A stretch of 64,000 bases of DNA from Scenedesmus sp. PABB004 (Eukaryota), in NCBI GenBank assembly GCA_014905635.1, contig CM026547.1:4650001-4714000 (forward strand), read 5' to 3'. Of the stretch, positions 50,217 to 61,590 are shown in pieces. How positions within the stretch are numbered: the first letter of the stretch is position 1; each line of letters opens with the position of its first letter. The notes under the pieces were generated by a model. The model was not told the DNA's origin. It was given only the letters and a program-made list of their open reading frames with translations, and ran no database searches. Made by a program: the position numbers and the translations under genes.

Positions 50217-53102
50217 TCACGCGTCGCCGCCCTCCCCGCTCTCGAAGCGCCGCAGCCGCACGCGCCGCAGCTCCTCGGCCGCGCCCTCGTCACCGGCCGC
50301 GCCGCCAGCGGTAACCGGCTCGGCCGGGGCAGGCGCAGCGGGCGCGGCCGGTACGGCGCTGGCGGCGGCGGCGGCGCTGCTGCCGGCGCCGCTGCTGCTG
50401 CTGCCCGCGCTCGGCGGCGGCTGCGCCGCCGCGGCCGCGGCGCTGCTGCCGCCCGCCGGCGCGGCCGGCGGCGGCGCTGCGGGCGCGGCGGCCGCGCTGC
50501 TGCTGCCCGCCGCGCCGCCCGCGCTCGAGCCGGCGCGGATGTGCGCGAGCTGGCCCTGCAGGTAGTCCAGCTGGCGCTGCAGCAGCTGCTGCGTCGCCTC
50601 GTACGACGCCTGCATGACCTCCGGCGGCGCCGCGCCGCCCATGACGGCCGCCGCGGCCGCCGCGGCGGCGGCGTTGGCCGCCGCCGCCGCCGCCATCTGC
50701 TCGCCCGCGCCGCCGCCGCCGCCGGGCGGCAGCATCGCGGGCGGCATGAGCGCCAGGCCGGGCATCATCGGCGACATTCCGTACATCGCCGCCGCCGCGG
50801 CCGCCATCGCCGCCGCGGCCGCGGCCGCGTGCGCCTGCTGCTCCGGCTGCCCGCCGCCGCCGAGCGGCGGCCCCGCCGCCGCCACGAGCGCCGGGAAGGG
50901 CGCCGAGAGCGCGGGGAACATCGCGGGCAGCATGGGCACCATGCTCGCCGCCGCGAGCGCGTGCGCGTGCGCGTGCGCCTGCGCCTGCTCCAGCGCGCTC
51001 TGCTGCCCCGCGTACTGCAGCGGCGCGTTGGTGAACGCGGCCATGCTGGTCACGGGGTACCACTGCGGCACCTGCCACACCACGCCGCCGCTGCCCGGCC
51101 AGAAGCCCGGCACGCCGCCGGGCGCGCCCGCGCCCGCGCCGGGCGCGCCGAGCTCGGGCGCGCCGGCCGCGGCGGCCGCGGCGGCGGCGGCCGCGGCGGC
51201 GGCGGCGCCCGGCGCGGGCGGCCGCGGGCTGCGCGCGCGCGCCGCGGCCGCGCGCTGGCGCAGCCCGCCCGCGCTGGGGCCGTGCGGCGCCGGCGGCGCG
51301 GCCGCGCCGGCGCGCCCAGGCGCCGCGCCCGCGGCGCCCGCCGCGGGCGGCGGCGGCACGGCCGCCGCGTCTGCGCCGCCGCCCGCCGCCGCCGCCGCCG
51401 CGCCCGCGCCGCCGCCGTCCTCGCCCGCGGCGTCCGCGTCCGCGGGCCGCTCCACCGGCGGCGGGCGGAACACTGACGTGCGGCAGGTGGGGCAGTTTTG
51501 CTGCCGCTCCAGCCACGACCTGCGCGGCGACGGCGGCCGCGGCGCGCGCGCGCGCTCGGTCCCCGGCCGCCGCGCGCCGCGCGCCGTGCGCTGTGCGCCG
51601 CGCCGCGGCCGCACCGCAGGCAGTGCAGGTGGAAGACGTGGCCGCAGTGCAGGCGCTTGTTGAGCCCCGCGGGCACCATCTCCTCGCGGCAGATGATGCA
51701 GATGCCGTCGCAGCGCGCGAGGTCGGCCGCGGTGGCGTCGGGGAAGCGGTCCATGCGCGCGGTGACCTGGCGGAAGCGCAGGAAGTCGGCGATGCGCGCG
51801 CGGAAGTTGCGGAACGTCATGTACAGGTCCCGGATCTGCGCCACGCGCGCGCGGGACGCAGGGCGCGCGCGCGGGCGTGGGCGGCGCGGGCGGGCGGCGT
51901 GAGCGGCGCGGCGCGGGTGAGCGGCGCGGCGCGGGGGAGGTCGGCGGCGCGCGGCGCCGCGCGGCGCGCGTCGCGCCGCACAAGGTGCAGCGGGAGTCCG
52001 TAGTTGGTGAAGACGATGACGAAGAACACGCAGTAGACGAGCAGGTGCAGCATGTCGGTGAGGAGCTCGAGGTAGAACACCCACGCGCCCTTGCCGTCCC
52101 ACCGCCCCTCCAGCGCGGCGTCGGCCATTGACAGCCCGTACTTGAGCGCCGCCGCGCCCGCCGCGCTGGAGAGGATGACGTACTCGAACGCAAAGAGCAG
52201 CTGCACGCTGTGGCCCTTGGCCGCGAGCGTCGCCGCGATCGTGGAGTGCAGGAACGCGACGTCGATCGCCTGCGCGGCACGCGACGCGACGCGACGCGCG
52301 GCGCGGCGCGGCGCGGCGCGGCGCGCGGCGGCGGGTGAGCGTTGTGGCGGCGCGGGCGCGCGCGGTGCTGAGCTGTGGTGCTGTGGTGCTGTCCACGCGC
52401 GCGCAGCCGCGCGCCGCGCCGGCGCCGCACCAGGAGGAGGGCGAGGAAGGCGACGATGCGCGCGTGCGCGAGGCGGCTGACGCTCGGGGTGACCTCGATG
52501 TAGTCGACGCGGTCCTGCACGAGCCAGTGGAAGACCTTGACGAACGTGAGCACCGTGAACATGCCCACGAAGCCCATGTTGAACTCCTCGCGGAAGATCG
52601 TCAGCGCAAGGCAGGTCTCCATGATCGCGCTGCTGAGCTTCTCCTTGACGCGCTCGAGCTCAATCTCGCGCAGCGTGCCCAGGAAGACCTGCGGCGCGCG
52701 GGCGGGGCGTGTCAGGCGCAGCGCACTGCGATGCGGGCCGCCGGCGGCGGCAGGGGCGGCGGGTGGGCGGTGCTGCTGCGGTGCGCGCGCCTTTATGACC
52801 AGGTTGTACATGCACAGCGCCATCGCGAACGAGAGGTTGCCGACCGCCGCGACCGCGAGCTTGCTGGTGGACAGGTACATCGTGGCGGGGAAGAACCTGC
52901 GCGGGCGCGCGCGCGGGCGTGGGCGTGGGCGCCCCGGCCGGCCGGCCGGCCCCAACCGCCGCTGCCGCTGCCCCGGCGCCGCTGCCCCGGCGCCGCTGCC
53001 CCCGGCCGGCGCCGCGCACTGGATGCGCGTCGCGAAGGCGTGGTAGACCACCGCACTCGCGGCCACCACGGAGAGCACGAAGTACTTGCGTAGCGAGATC
53101 AT
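50217..53102 (-). CDS. HRD1: ERAD E3 ubiquitin ligase HRD1/synoviolin
   Basis: MISLRKYFVLS..HAFATRIQ|FFPATMYLSTSK, VFLGTLREIELERV, ETCLALTIFREEF, KVFHWLVQDRVDYIE, LLFAFEYVIL, YGLPLHL|IRDLY, RING-H2 CIICREEM..KRLHCGHVFHLHCLR|SWLERQQNCPTCR, ending ELRRVRLRRF. Confidence 0.96.
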   Translation of the reverse strand: MISLRKYFVLSVVAASAVVYHAFATRIQCAAPAGGSGAGAAAPGQRQRRLGPAGRPGRPRPRPRARPRRFFPATMYLSTSKLAVAAVGNLSFAMALCMYNLVIKARAPQQHRPPAAPAAAGGPHRSALRLTRPARAPQVFLGTLREIELERVKEKLSSAIMETCLALTIFREEFNMGFVGMFTVLTFVKVFHWLVQDRVDYIEVTPSVSRLAHARIVAFLALLLVRRRRGARLRARGQHHSTTAQHRARPRRHNAHPPPRAAPRRAAPRVASRRVPRRRSTSRSCTPRSRRRSRPRATACSCSLRSSTSSSPARRARRRSSTGCQWPTPRWRGGGTARARGCSTSSSSPTCCTCSSTACSSSSSSPTTDSRCTLCGATRAARRRAPPTSPAPRRSPAPRRSRRPPAPPTPARAPCVPRARGADPGPVHDVPQLPRAHRRLPALPPGHRAHGPLPRRHRGRPRALRRHLHHLPRGDGARGAQQAPALRPRLPPALPAVRPRRGAQRTARGARRPGTERARAPRPPSPRRSWLERQQNCPTCRTSVFRPPPVERPADADAAGEDGGGAGAAAAAAGGGADAAAVPPPPAAGAAGAAPGRAGAAAPPAPHGPSAGGLRQRAAAARARSPRPPAPGAAAAAAAAAAAAAAGAPELGAPGAGAGAPGGVPGFWPGSGGVVWQVPQWYPVTSMAAFTNAPLQYAGQQSALEQAQAHAHAHALAAASMVPMLPAMFPALSAPFPALVAAAGPPLGGGGQPEQQAHAAAAAAAMAAAAAAMYGMSPMMPGLALMPPAMLPPGGGGGAGEQMAAAAAANAAAAAAAAAVMGGAAPPEVMQASYEATQQLLQRQLDYLQGQLAHIRAGSSAGGAAGSSSAAAAPAAPPPAAPAGGSSAAAAAAQPPPSAGSSSSGAGSSAAAAASAVPAAPAAPAPAEPVTAGGAAGDEGAAEELRRVRLRRFESGEGGDA

Positions 53103-53590
53103 GGCGCGCCGCCGCGCCCCCCGGGGGCGCCGCCGCTGCTGCTCCGGCCGCGCCGCGCCGCGCCGGCGGCCGCAGCGCTCCGCGCCGGCGCTGCGTGGGC
53201 AGGCGGGGCCCCAGGCCCGATCGTGGGGCGACCGGCGGGTGAAGCGGGTGCTGTTTGGCGTGTAGCGAGCCTGTTTTGATGGCAGTGCAGCTGCCCTCCC
53301 CCGCTCTGCCGCCGAGGCCCGGCGCCGGCTCTGCGGGTGACTGCGGAAGGCCGGGCGGAGCGTCGGGGAGCAGGCCAGGCGGGCGTGGAACTTTCAGGGC
53401 ACAGCACAATGACCTCGAACGGCGCAGAATGACCTGCGTGGCGCGCCTGCGCGGCCCCACCCAACGCCCAGACTGGGACAGATCTTGTGCCGACGCGACC
53501 GTGTGGGCCGATCCTCTGCAGCTGGCCCACGCGCGGCACAGCACCGGCCGATGCCACGCCTCGGCGGGCCGTGAAGGCCGCACAGCGCGC

Positions 53591-56457
53591 ATGAGGCCCC
53601 AGCTCTGCCCCTCGGGGCGGGGCGGGAGTGGGGGACGGCCCCCCACGCGCATGCGCGTCGTGACGCTGGACGGCGTGGAGGCGGCGCTGCGGGCGCCGAC
53701 GCCGCGCGGCGGCGAGGCCGCCCCGGCGCCCCGCGGCGCGCCGCTGGCGCGCCTGGAGTCGTCCTTCGCCGCCTCGCTGTCGCACGTGCACCCCGCGCCG
53801 CAGCGGCGGCGCGCGCGCAGCGCCGCGCTCGCGGCGCCGCCGCGCCCGCCGGACCACGGCGGCGGCGCCGCTGCCGGCAGCGCCGGACCCGCGGCGCGCC
53901 CGGGCGGCGGCGCGCCGCTGCCGGGCCTCGCGGGGGCGGAGCAGCTGCCGCCGGAGGCGGCGCGCGAGCTGCGCGCCGTGATGGACCTGTGGCACCTCCA
54001 CAGCAGCAGCGCCCAGCGCTCGGCGTCGGGCGGCGCCAGGGGGTCGTCGCCGCGCGCGCTGCTCGCGCCGGCGCCGCGGCTGCTGACCGCGGAGGAGGAG
54101 GCGGCGCTGGGCAGCATCGTGCAGCAGCACCGCCGCCTGGCGCAGGTGTACGCGGAGCACCCGGGCGTTGCGGCGGAGCTGGAGCGCGAGCTGCCGCTGC
54201 GGCAGCAGCTGGCGGCGCAGCAGCACGCGCGCGCCGGCGCCGGCGCGCCGAGCGGCGACGACGACGACGGGGGCGCCGACGGCGGGCGGCGGCGCGGCGC
54301 GCGCGTGCGCTGGCCGCCGCCGCTGAGCGCGGGCGAGGTCGCGGCGGTGCGCGCCATGCCGCGCGCGTGGCGCGCGATGCTGCCGGAGCTGGCGGCCAAG
54401 GCCCACGAGCTGCTCGTCGCGTTCAACATAAGGTGAGGCGCGGCCCAGACGCGGCGCGGCGCGGCGCCGCGCTCGCCGCGCGCCGCCCGCGCCGCCGCTC
54501 GCGCTCACGCGCCGTCCGCGCCCGCGCCGCGCTCCGCGCCGTCCGCGCAGCCTGGTGTTCCACATGCTGCAGTTTGCGACGCGCCGCAGCGCGAGCGTGC
54601 CGACCGAGGACCGCACCGTCGCGGGGCTCGCGGGCCTGCAGCAGGCCGCGGCGCGCTTCGACCCCGCGCGCGGCGCGCGCTTCGGCACCGTCGCGGCGGT
54701 GTGGATCCTGCAGCACATGCAGCGCGCCGCCGACGCGCAGGGCGGCGCGCTGCGCACGCCGGGGCGCCACGCCGCGATGGCGCGGCGCGTGCTCGACACG
54801 CACGGCACGGCGGCGCTCTTCGGCATCGCGGACCGCCCCGACGTGCTGGCGCAGGTGCGGGGAGGGGCCGGGCGCCGCGCCGGCAGGCCCAGCGCGGGGG
54901 GCGCGCCGCCGCACGCGCTCCGCCGCACGCGCTCGCCGACGCGCGCCGCCGCGCGCGCGCCGCCAGGTGGCGGCCGCGTTCAACACCAAGCCGGCGACCG
55001 TGCTGCGCGCGGTACGGGCGTTCACGGCCTCGCAGTACGCCGCGTCGCTGGATGACGTGGCGGCCGGGCCGGGCGGCAGCCGCATGGAGCCGAGCGCGGC
55101 GCCGTGGTCGGCGATGCTCACGGCGAGTGACCTGGAGGACGAGGGCGAGCAGGTCGGCCCCGGCGCGCCGGCGAGCGAGATGGCGGGCCACGGCTCGGTG
55201 CTCGCCGCGGCGGGGCAGCTGCCCGACTGGCTCGACCTGCAGGCGCCGGCCGGCGGCGGCCGCGAGGGCGGCGGCGCCGGCGGCGGCGCGGCCGCCGCGA
55301 CGGCGGCGCTCGCGGGGCACCTTGCGGCGCTCGCGCCGCGCGAGCGCGCGGTGATCACCGCGCTCTATGGCGACGGCCTGGGCCTGGCCGGCGGCGGCGA
55401 TGGCGCGGCGGCGCCTGCCGCGGGGCGGCGGCGCGCGACGGCGCTGCGCGCGGAGGGCGCCGCGCCCGGCGCGGCGCCCGCCGCGCCGGGCGAGCGCGCG
55501 CCGCGCGCGATCCAGGGCGGCGTGACGCTGGGCGAGGTCGCCGCGCAGCTGGGGTGCACGGTCGAGTGCGTGCGCCAGCTGCGCGTGCGCGCGTTCCGCA
55601 AGCTGCGCGCCGCGGTCGGGGTCGACGCGCCGCGCTCGCGCGCGAGCGCTGGGGGCGCCGGGGGCGCCGGCGCCGGCGCGTCCGCGGACGCGCCGCCCGG
55701 CAGCGAGGAGGCGCTGACCGCGGCGGTCGCCGCGTGCGGCCCGACAGCGCGCCCGCTCATGCTGGCGCTCGCGGAGCACGTCCGCGTCGCGGGGCTGCCC
55801 ACGCGCGGCGCCGAGGTCGTGGACGGGCGCTGTGTGGGCGTGTACCTGTGGAAGCTGGTGCGCCTGCACGCCAAGGGGCAGCTCAGGCCCGTGCTCGCGG
55901 CCGCGCTGGACGCCGCCGCGCCGGGCTGGCGCGGCCTCGACGCCGCCGGTGGGCCGCCGCCGGTGTGGCTGCGGCGCGTGCACGCCGCGGCGCGCGCGGG
56001 CCGGCTGCAGGAGGAGCTGGCGGCGCACGCGGCGGCCGAGGAGGCTGCGGCGGCGGCGGCGGCGGCCGCCGCTGAGGCCGTGGCCGGCGCCGAGGCCGTG
56101 GCGGCCGCCGAGGCGGCGGGCGTGGAGGCGGCGCCCGCCAGGGCGGCGGCGCGCGGCAGCGACCGGCTGGCAGCCGCGCGCGCGAGCCGCGCGGGCGGCG
56201 CCGTCGAGGCCGCCATTCGCGCCTGCAAGCGCGCCGACACGCAGCGCGCGCTGCGCGCGCTCGCCGACCACGTCGCCGCCGTCGGGGCCATGCCGGGCAG
56301 CGCCGCCGTGGAGCGTCGCGGCGTGCGGGTCGGGCGCTACGCGGAGGTGCAGGCGAGCAAGGCCCGCGCGGGGACGCTGCCGCCCGACATCCGGGCCGCG
56401 TTTGAGGCCATCGCGCCCGGCTGGCTGGCGCGCGCGGCCCGCGGCCGCGGCCGCTGA
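53591..56457 (+). CDS. Divergent sigma-70-like factor (regions 1.2, 2, 3, 4) with two C-terminal helicase-associated (HA)-like repeats
   Basis: RLLTAEEEAALG (1.2); ELLVAFNI|SLVFHM..EDRTVAGLAGLQQAAARFDPARGARFGTVAAVWILQHMQRAADAQGGALRTP (2); VAAAFNTKPATV..SLDD (3); LAPRERAVITALYG..TLGEVAAQLGCTVECVRQLRVRAFRKLR (4). Introns 54433-54550 and 54855-54966. The start is uncertain (53279, 53591 or 53651). Confidence 0.8.
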
Positions 56458-57001
56458 GGGGAGGGAGGGCCCTCCATGTACGCTAGCGAGGGGGTCGGCG
56501 CAGGAGTTGGGCGGGCGCGCGTGGCGCCGCCATGATCGCGGCGCTGCGGTGTGTGATGGTGCGTGCTTTGTGTGCAGCAGCAGCAGAGGAGTGCTCCTGT
56601 CGTCGCGTAGTTGTGCAAGCGCCGGATGAACGGGCGCGGCGCGTGTCGGTGTGGTCTCCGGTGCCGGGCGCGGCGCCGCGCGCATGCGGCGGCGATCGCG
56701 AGTTCTGGTCGGGCGAGAGATCGGGGAGTTGTTGGTGTTGGCCGTGATGGCGTCTGCCTGAGGCCGCGATGGGCTGTGGAAGCTGACCCGCTACGCCGCC
56801 CCCCGCCGCGCCGCGCCCGGCCAGCTCCCCGGCGCCCGCAAGCCAGCGCGGCCCGCTCTCGCCCCGCGCCACACCCGATCAGGCGGTTCCGTCCGCGCCC
56901 GCGCGCCGCACGCGCGCACGGGTGCAGCTGCGCCAGCTCTGCTGTCGGCGCCGCCGCGGGCTGCTCGATCCCCGAGGCGTGGCGCGCTGCCGCGCGGCGC
57001 G

Positions 57002-59176
57002 ATGGCCGCGAGCAATGTACGTGGTTTGTGCTGCGAGAGCAGGCGGGGCGACAGCGGCGGCAGCAGCAGCAGCGGCAGCAGCGGCAGCGGCAGCAGCGGC
57101 AGCGGCAGCAGCGGCAGCGGCAGCAGCGGCAGCGGCGCCAGCGGCGGCAGTCAAAGCCCACGCGCGCGCGCACCGCCGGCGCACGCACGCAGGACGCGGG
57201 CTTTGGCTGGGCGCCGGTCGGGGCGCGCCTGCTGCAGGAGCTGAGCGCGGTGACCCCGGCGGAGGAGAGCGCGCCGACGGCGCGGTGGGCCAAGACCTGG
57301 CGCGAGCTGCGGGCGATGCCGACGATGCGCGAGCTGCCGGGCGCCGTGCTGGGGCACATGCGCCTCCTTCACGCCGTCGACACCGTGCCCCGCGGTGCGC
57401 CGCGGGGGCCGCGCGGCAGAGGCGCGGCGCGGCAGGCGGCGCCGCGCGCGCCGGGCGCGCCGCCCGCGCGGCCGACGCGGCGTGCCGCGTCGCAGGCGGG
57501 CTGTGCCAGGGCGGCGCGCTGAAGGAGGCGCTGCGGCGCTACGAGCGGCTGTGGCTGCCGCTGCTCGCGGCGGCGGCGCCCAGCAACGGCGGCGGGGGCT
57601 ACGAGGGCCTCGTGCCGCCGCTCGACGTCGCGCTGATGTGGCACCTGCACCGCCTGCAGCCGACGTACGAGGACGACTGCCGCCAGCTCAAGGGCCGCGA
57701 CGGGCGCAGCCTGACCGCGGCGATGCACGTCGCGCCGGCGCAGGCGTTTGCGTTCAGCGACGGCGCCGACGCGGCGGGCGCCGCCGCGGCCGCGGCGTGG
57801 CGGCGCGCGTGCCCGGGCGAGCCGTTCTGGCCGCCGCCGCCGCCGGGCGCGGCGACGGCGGCGTTCCGCACCCGCCTCGCCGCCGACCTCGCGGCGGTCG
57901 CGGTACGCGTGCCGCTGCTCACGCACCAGCTGCTGCGCGCCTGCTACGTCTCGCCGCCCTTCCTCGCGCGCGCTCTCGACCGCTACAGCCGCTTCCTATT
58001 GCTGCGCAAGCACCACCTGGAGCTGCAGCACCCGGTGCCGCCGCTCGACGTCACGCTGCTGTGGGCGACGCACATGAGCCTGAGCGGGCTCTACGCGGCA
58101 GACTGCGCGTCGCTGCTCGGCCGGCGCTTCCTGGACATGCCGGGTGCGGCGGCCGCGCGGCCGCAGCGCGCCGCGGCGGGCGGGCCCGGCGCGGCGCTGC
58201 GGGTGGGCGCTTGCCGCGCGCCTTTCGCGGTGCCGAGCCCGCCGCGCGCTCAGGCGCGGGCGCGAGCCCCTGGCTCGAGCGCGACGAGGCGGGCCCGTGG
58301 CGCTTCCACTTTACCGACACGCAGCGCGCCTGGCGCGACGAGTTTGACGGTGCGCCGCGCGGCACGCGCGGCGGGGCCGGGCGCTCGCGCGCGCGCGCCG
58401 CTGCGCCCCCTGCCGCCGGCGCGCGCCCACCACCGCACGGCGCTGCGCGGCGCGCAGAGCCGTTTGTGGTGCCGGGCAGCGGCTACGTGCCCATGGACAG
58501 CCCACACCCGGCCGAGGCGCGGCTGCCGCGCGCCGCGCTCGCCGCGTTTGAGGCGCCCCCGCCGGCTGAGGCCGGCAAGCCGCCGCCGGCGCCGGCGGAG
58601 CCCGGCGCCGCCGCGTGGCGCGGCGGCGCGCACGTGCTGTACCTGGCCTGGCTGTCCGATCCCAACCTGGCCCGCCAGGCGGCGTACGAGGAGGAGCGCG
58701 CCGCCGCCGCCGCGCGGCCGGCACCGGCCGCCGCGCCGGCCGCGCCGCGCACGGCGCCGGCGCCCGCCAAGAAGGCCGGCGGCGGCGGGCTGTTTGCCTG
58801 CTTCGGCTGCGGCGGCGGCGGCGCCGCGGACGACGACGGCGGCGCCGAGGCGGACGCGGCGGCGGCCGCGGACGCGGCGCGCGCCGCGGGCCCCGTGCCG
58901 CCGGCGCGGGTGCCGCTGCTGGGCGAGGCGGAGCTCACGCGGCTCGCGGCCGCCTTCCCTGCCTTCAAGGGCCTGCCGCACAGCGCGGCGCACCCCTACT
59001 GGCGCCAGCTGCTCGCGCCGTGCCCCGGCGGCGCGGCGCCGCCCGGGGGCCCGAGCGAGGAGGGCGCCGAGGTGGAGCTGCTCGCGTCGGCCAACGGCAG
59101 CAACGCGGCCGGGTTTGACCAGGCGGGCGCGTACGAGGTCGACGTCGGCCGCGCCCCGGCGCTGACCTGGGGCTGA
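57002..59176 (+). CDS. GRDP1/DUF1399-like (glycine-rich domain protein family)
   Basis: HMRLLHAVD, ALRRYERLWLPLL, LVPPLDVALMWHLHRLQPTYEDDC, LARALDRYSRFLLL..PVPPLDVTLLWATHMSLSGLYAADC (duplicated motif), FTDTQRAWRDEF. Exon 1 (MAASN) at 57002-57016 is tentative. Confidence 0.8.
57052..57150. repeat. (CAGCAGCGGCAGCGG)-type microsatellite in the first intron of the GRDP-like gene
   Basis: Alternating CAG/CGG triplet array visible directly. Confidence 0.85.
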
Positions 59177-59568
59177 GCGCTGGCGCGGGGGGCAGAGCGC
59201 TGGGGCGGGGAGCTGCGACACGCTCCCGCCGCCGCTGGGCGTGATACCGGACCGGACCATTTCATCTGCGCGCGCGCAGCGCGCGGTGTGCTGCGCAGCG
59301 AGGTTTTGACGGCGTAACGCGCACGCGCACGGCCTCCGCCGCCGCTCTCTGCTCAACCCACCTCACCGCCCCCCGCCCAGCTCAGCCGACAGCGACCCCG
59401 GCGCAGCCGGCAGTGGCAGCGGCAGCAGCAGCGGCAGCAGCGGCGCCGCCCGGCTGCAGTCCGAACTGGGCTGCACCCACACGCCGCTGCTCCGGGACCT
59501 CCCCCACGCGCCTGACCGTTGTCGTGGCCGCTGCGCCTCGCCCCACGAGCAGCACCAGCGGCGCCACC

Positions 59569-61288
59569 ATGGCGTCGCCGGCGACGCTCAGCGTGCTCAC
59601 GCTCAACGTCTGGGGCCTCTGGCTGGTGTCGAAGAAGCGGGAGCAGCGGATTCGATGCCTGTGCGACTACCTGCGCACCTGCACGGAGGACGTGGTGCTC
59701 CTGCAGGAGGCGAGTGACCGCGCGCGCCGCTGCTGACGCGCCGCTGCCCAGGCCGCCTGCCGCCGCCGGCACAGCCGCCGCGATGACAACGGTTGCCGCC
59801 GCCGCCGTCACGCCGCCGCCAGGTCTGGGTCGACGCCGACGCGGCGGCGCTGCTCGCCGCGGGGCGCGCGGGCGGGCTGGCGCATGGCGTGCACTTCAAG
59901 GCGGGCGTGTTTGGGTCGGGCCTGGTCACGCTCAGCCGGCACCCGATCGTGCGCCTGCACTTCTGGCGCTTCGCGGCGGCCGGCTTCCCGACCGCGGTCA
60001 CGTGCGGCGACTTTTTCGCGGCCAAAGGCGTCGGCTGGGCGCGCCTGGCCACGCCGCTGGGCGAGGTGGACGCGCTCAACACGCACCTGCACGCCAACTA
60101 CAGCCACGCGACGCGCCTGCCGCCGCCGGCCGTGTCGCGCGCGGCGGCGGCGGCCGCCGCCGCCGACGCGGCCGGCGCCGGCGCCGGCGCCGGCGCCGGC
60201 GCGGGCGACGCGCCCGGCGGCCGCGGGGTGCCGCCCTGGGCCGGCGCGCGGCTGCCGGACGACGACGAGGGCGCGGTGCGGCTGGCGCAGGTGCTCGAGC
60301 TCAGCGAGGCGGCGCGGCTCGTCGGCGGCGACGCCGCGGCGCTCGGCCGCGGCGGCGCGGCGGGCGCCGACGCGCCGCCGGCGCGACTGCTCGTGCTCGG
60401 CGGCGACCTCAACGCCAAGCCGGGCAGCCTCGAGCTCGACCTGCTGCGCGCGCGGCTGCCGGGCCTGCGCGACGCGTGGGAGGCCGCGCCGGCGTGCCGC
60501 GACGGCAGCGAGGAACCGCGCGCCGGGCTGCCGCCAAACCCCGAGGGCTTCACGTGCAAGGCGCCCGGCAACTCCTTCACGCCCGCCCGCCAGGCGCGCG
60601 CTGCCGCCCGCGCCGCGCTGCGCCGGCGCCCGCGCGGCGCATGCGCGCCCGCGCAGCGCCCGCCGCGCACGCCCACCCCGCCGCCGCGGGCGCCGCCACG
60701 GCAGGTACCGGAGCGGATCGACTACGTGTGGACCAACGGCGAGGTCGCGGCCGCGGCGCTCGCGCTGCACGCGACGCCCGGGGCGGGGGCTCCTTCTCCG
60801 ACCACCTCGCGCTGCGCGTGTCGCTCGGGGCGCCGGCCGCGCCGGCGGCGGCGCGGCGCGGCAGCCCGATGCGCCTCCTCCGCGTCGGCAGCGGCGGCGC
60901 CCGCGGCGGCGGCGGCGGCGCCGGCGGCGGCGCGCTCGGGGGCGGGCTGCCGCGCGACCGCGCCGTCGCGACGGGCCTGGCCGCGCAGTACCTCCTAGAG
61001 GAGGGCGCGCAGTGCTTCAGCTCCTCGGCGAGCGTGCTGACCGCCCTCGGCGGCTTCCTGCTCGCCTCCCTGCTCTACGTCGCGGCCGCGCTGCCGCTGA
61101 TGCTGCCGGGCACCGTGCTCGCGCGCGGCGGCGTGACCGGCGCGCTCGCCGCGTCGGGCGCCGCGGGCGCGCTCGGCGCGGCGCTCGTCGCGATGGGCCA
61201 GCTCGGCGACCGCCCGCAGCGCCGCGCGCTGCTGCAGGCGCACCGCCTGCTGCGCCTCTGGCTCGCCGCCGAGGGCATCGTCGGCTGA
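59569..61288 (+). CDS. Neutral sphingomyelinase/ISC1-like EEP-family phosphodiesterase with two C-terminal TM segments
   Basis: LSVLTLNVWGL, DVVLLQE|VW, GSGLVTLSRHPI, GDFFAAKGVG, NTHLHANY, LGGDLN, ERIDYVW, SFSDHLAL, then two hydrophobic helices. Two GC-AG introns and an apparent 1-base frameshift at ~60781-60790. Confidence 0.9.
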
Positions 61289-61590
61289 GCGGCGGCGCGG
61301 CGTGTGCGCGCGGCGCGGGCGGCGCGCGGCGGTGTGCTGCGTGCGGCGCGCGCACCGGCGCACGGCGGCGGGGCTTGCTGGACCGGTCGATCGCGGTGTG
61401 GGCCGGGCGGCGATCGCGAAGTGGGGCGCGGCGGGCAGGCGGCAACGACGACGCTCAGAGGACGCCAGGGCGTGCTGCTGCAATGCCCCGACCGCCCGCG
61501 CCCCAAGGCGCGCGCGCCGGCTCGCGGCGGGCCTTCTCCCGCGTTGCCGAGGGCCTTGGCCGCCCTCAGGACAGCCAACAGGCGCCAGGC

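Noticed and set aside
21496..61288. Sphingolipid/lipid gene cluster (TLC protein, patatin lipase, neutral sphingomyelinase)
   Set aside because: The genes are 16-18 kb apart and separated by unrelated genes, so there is no evidence of clustering.
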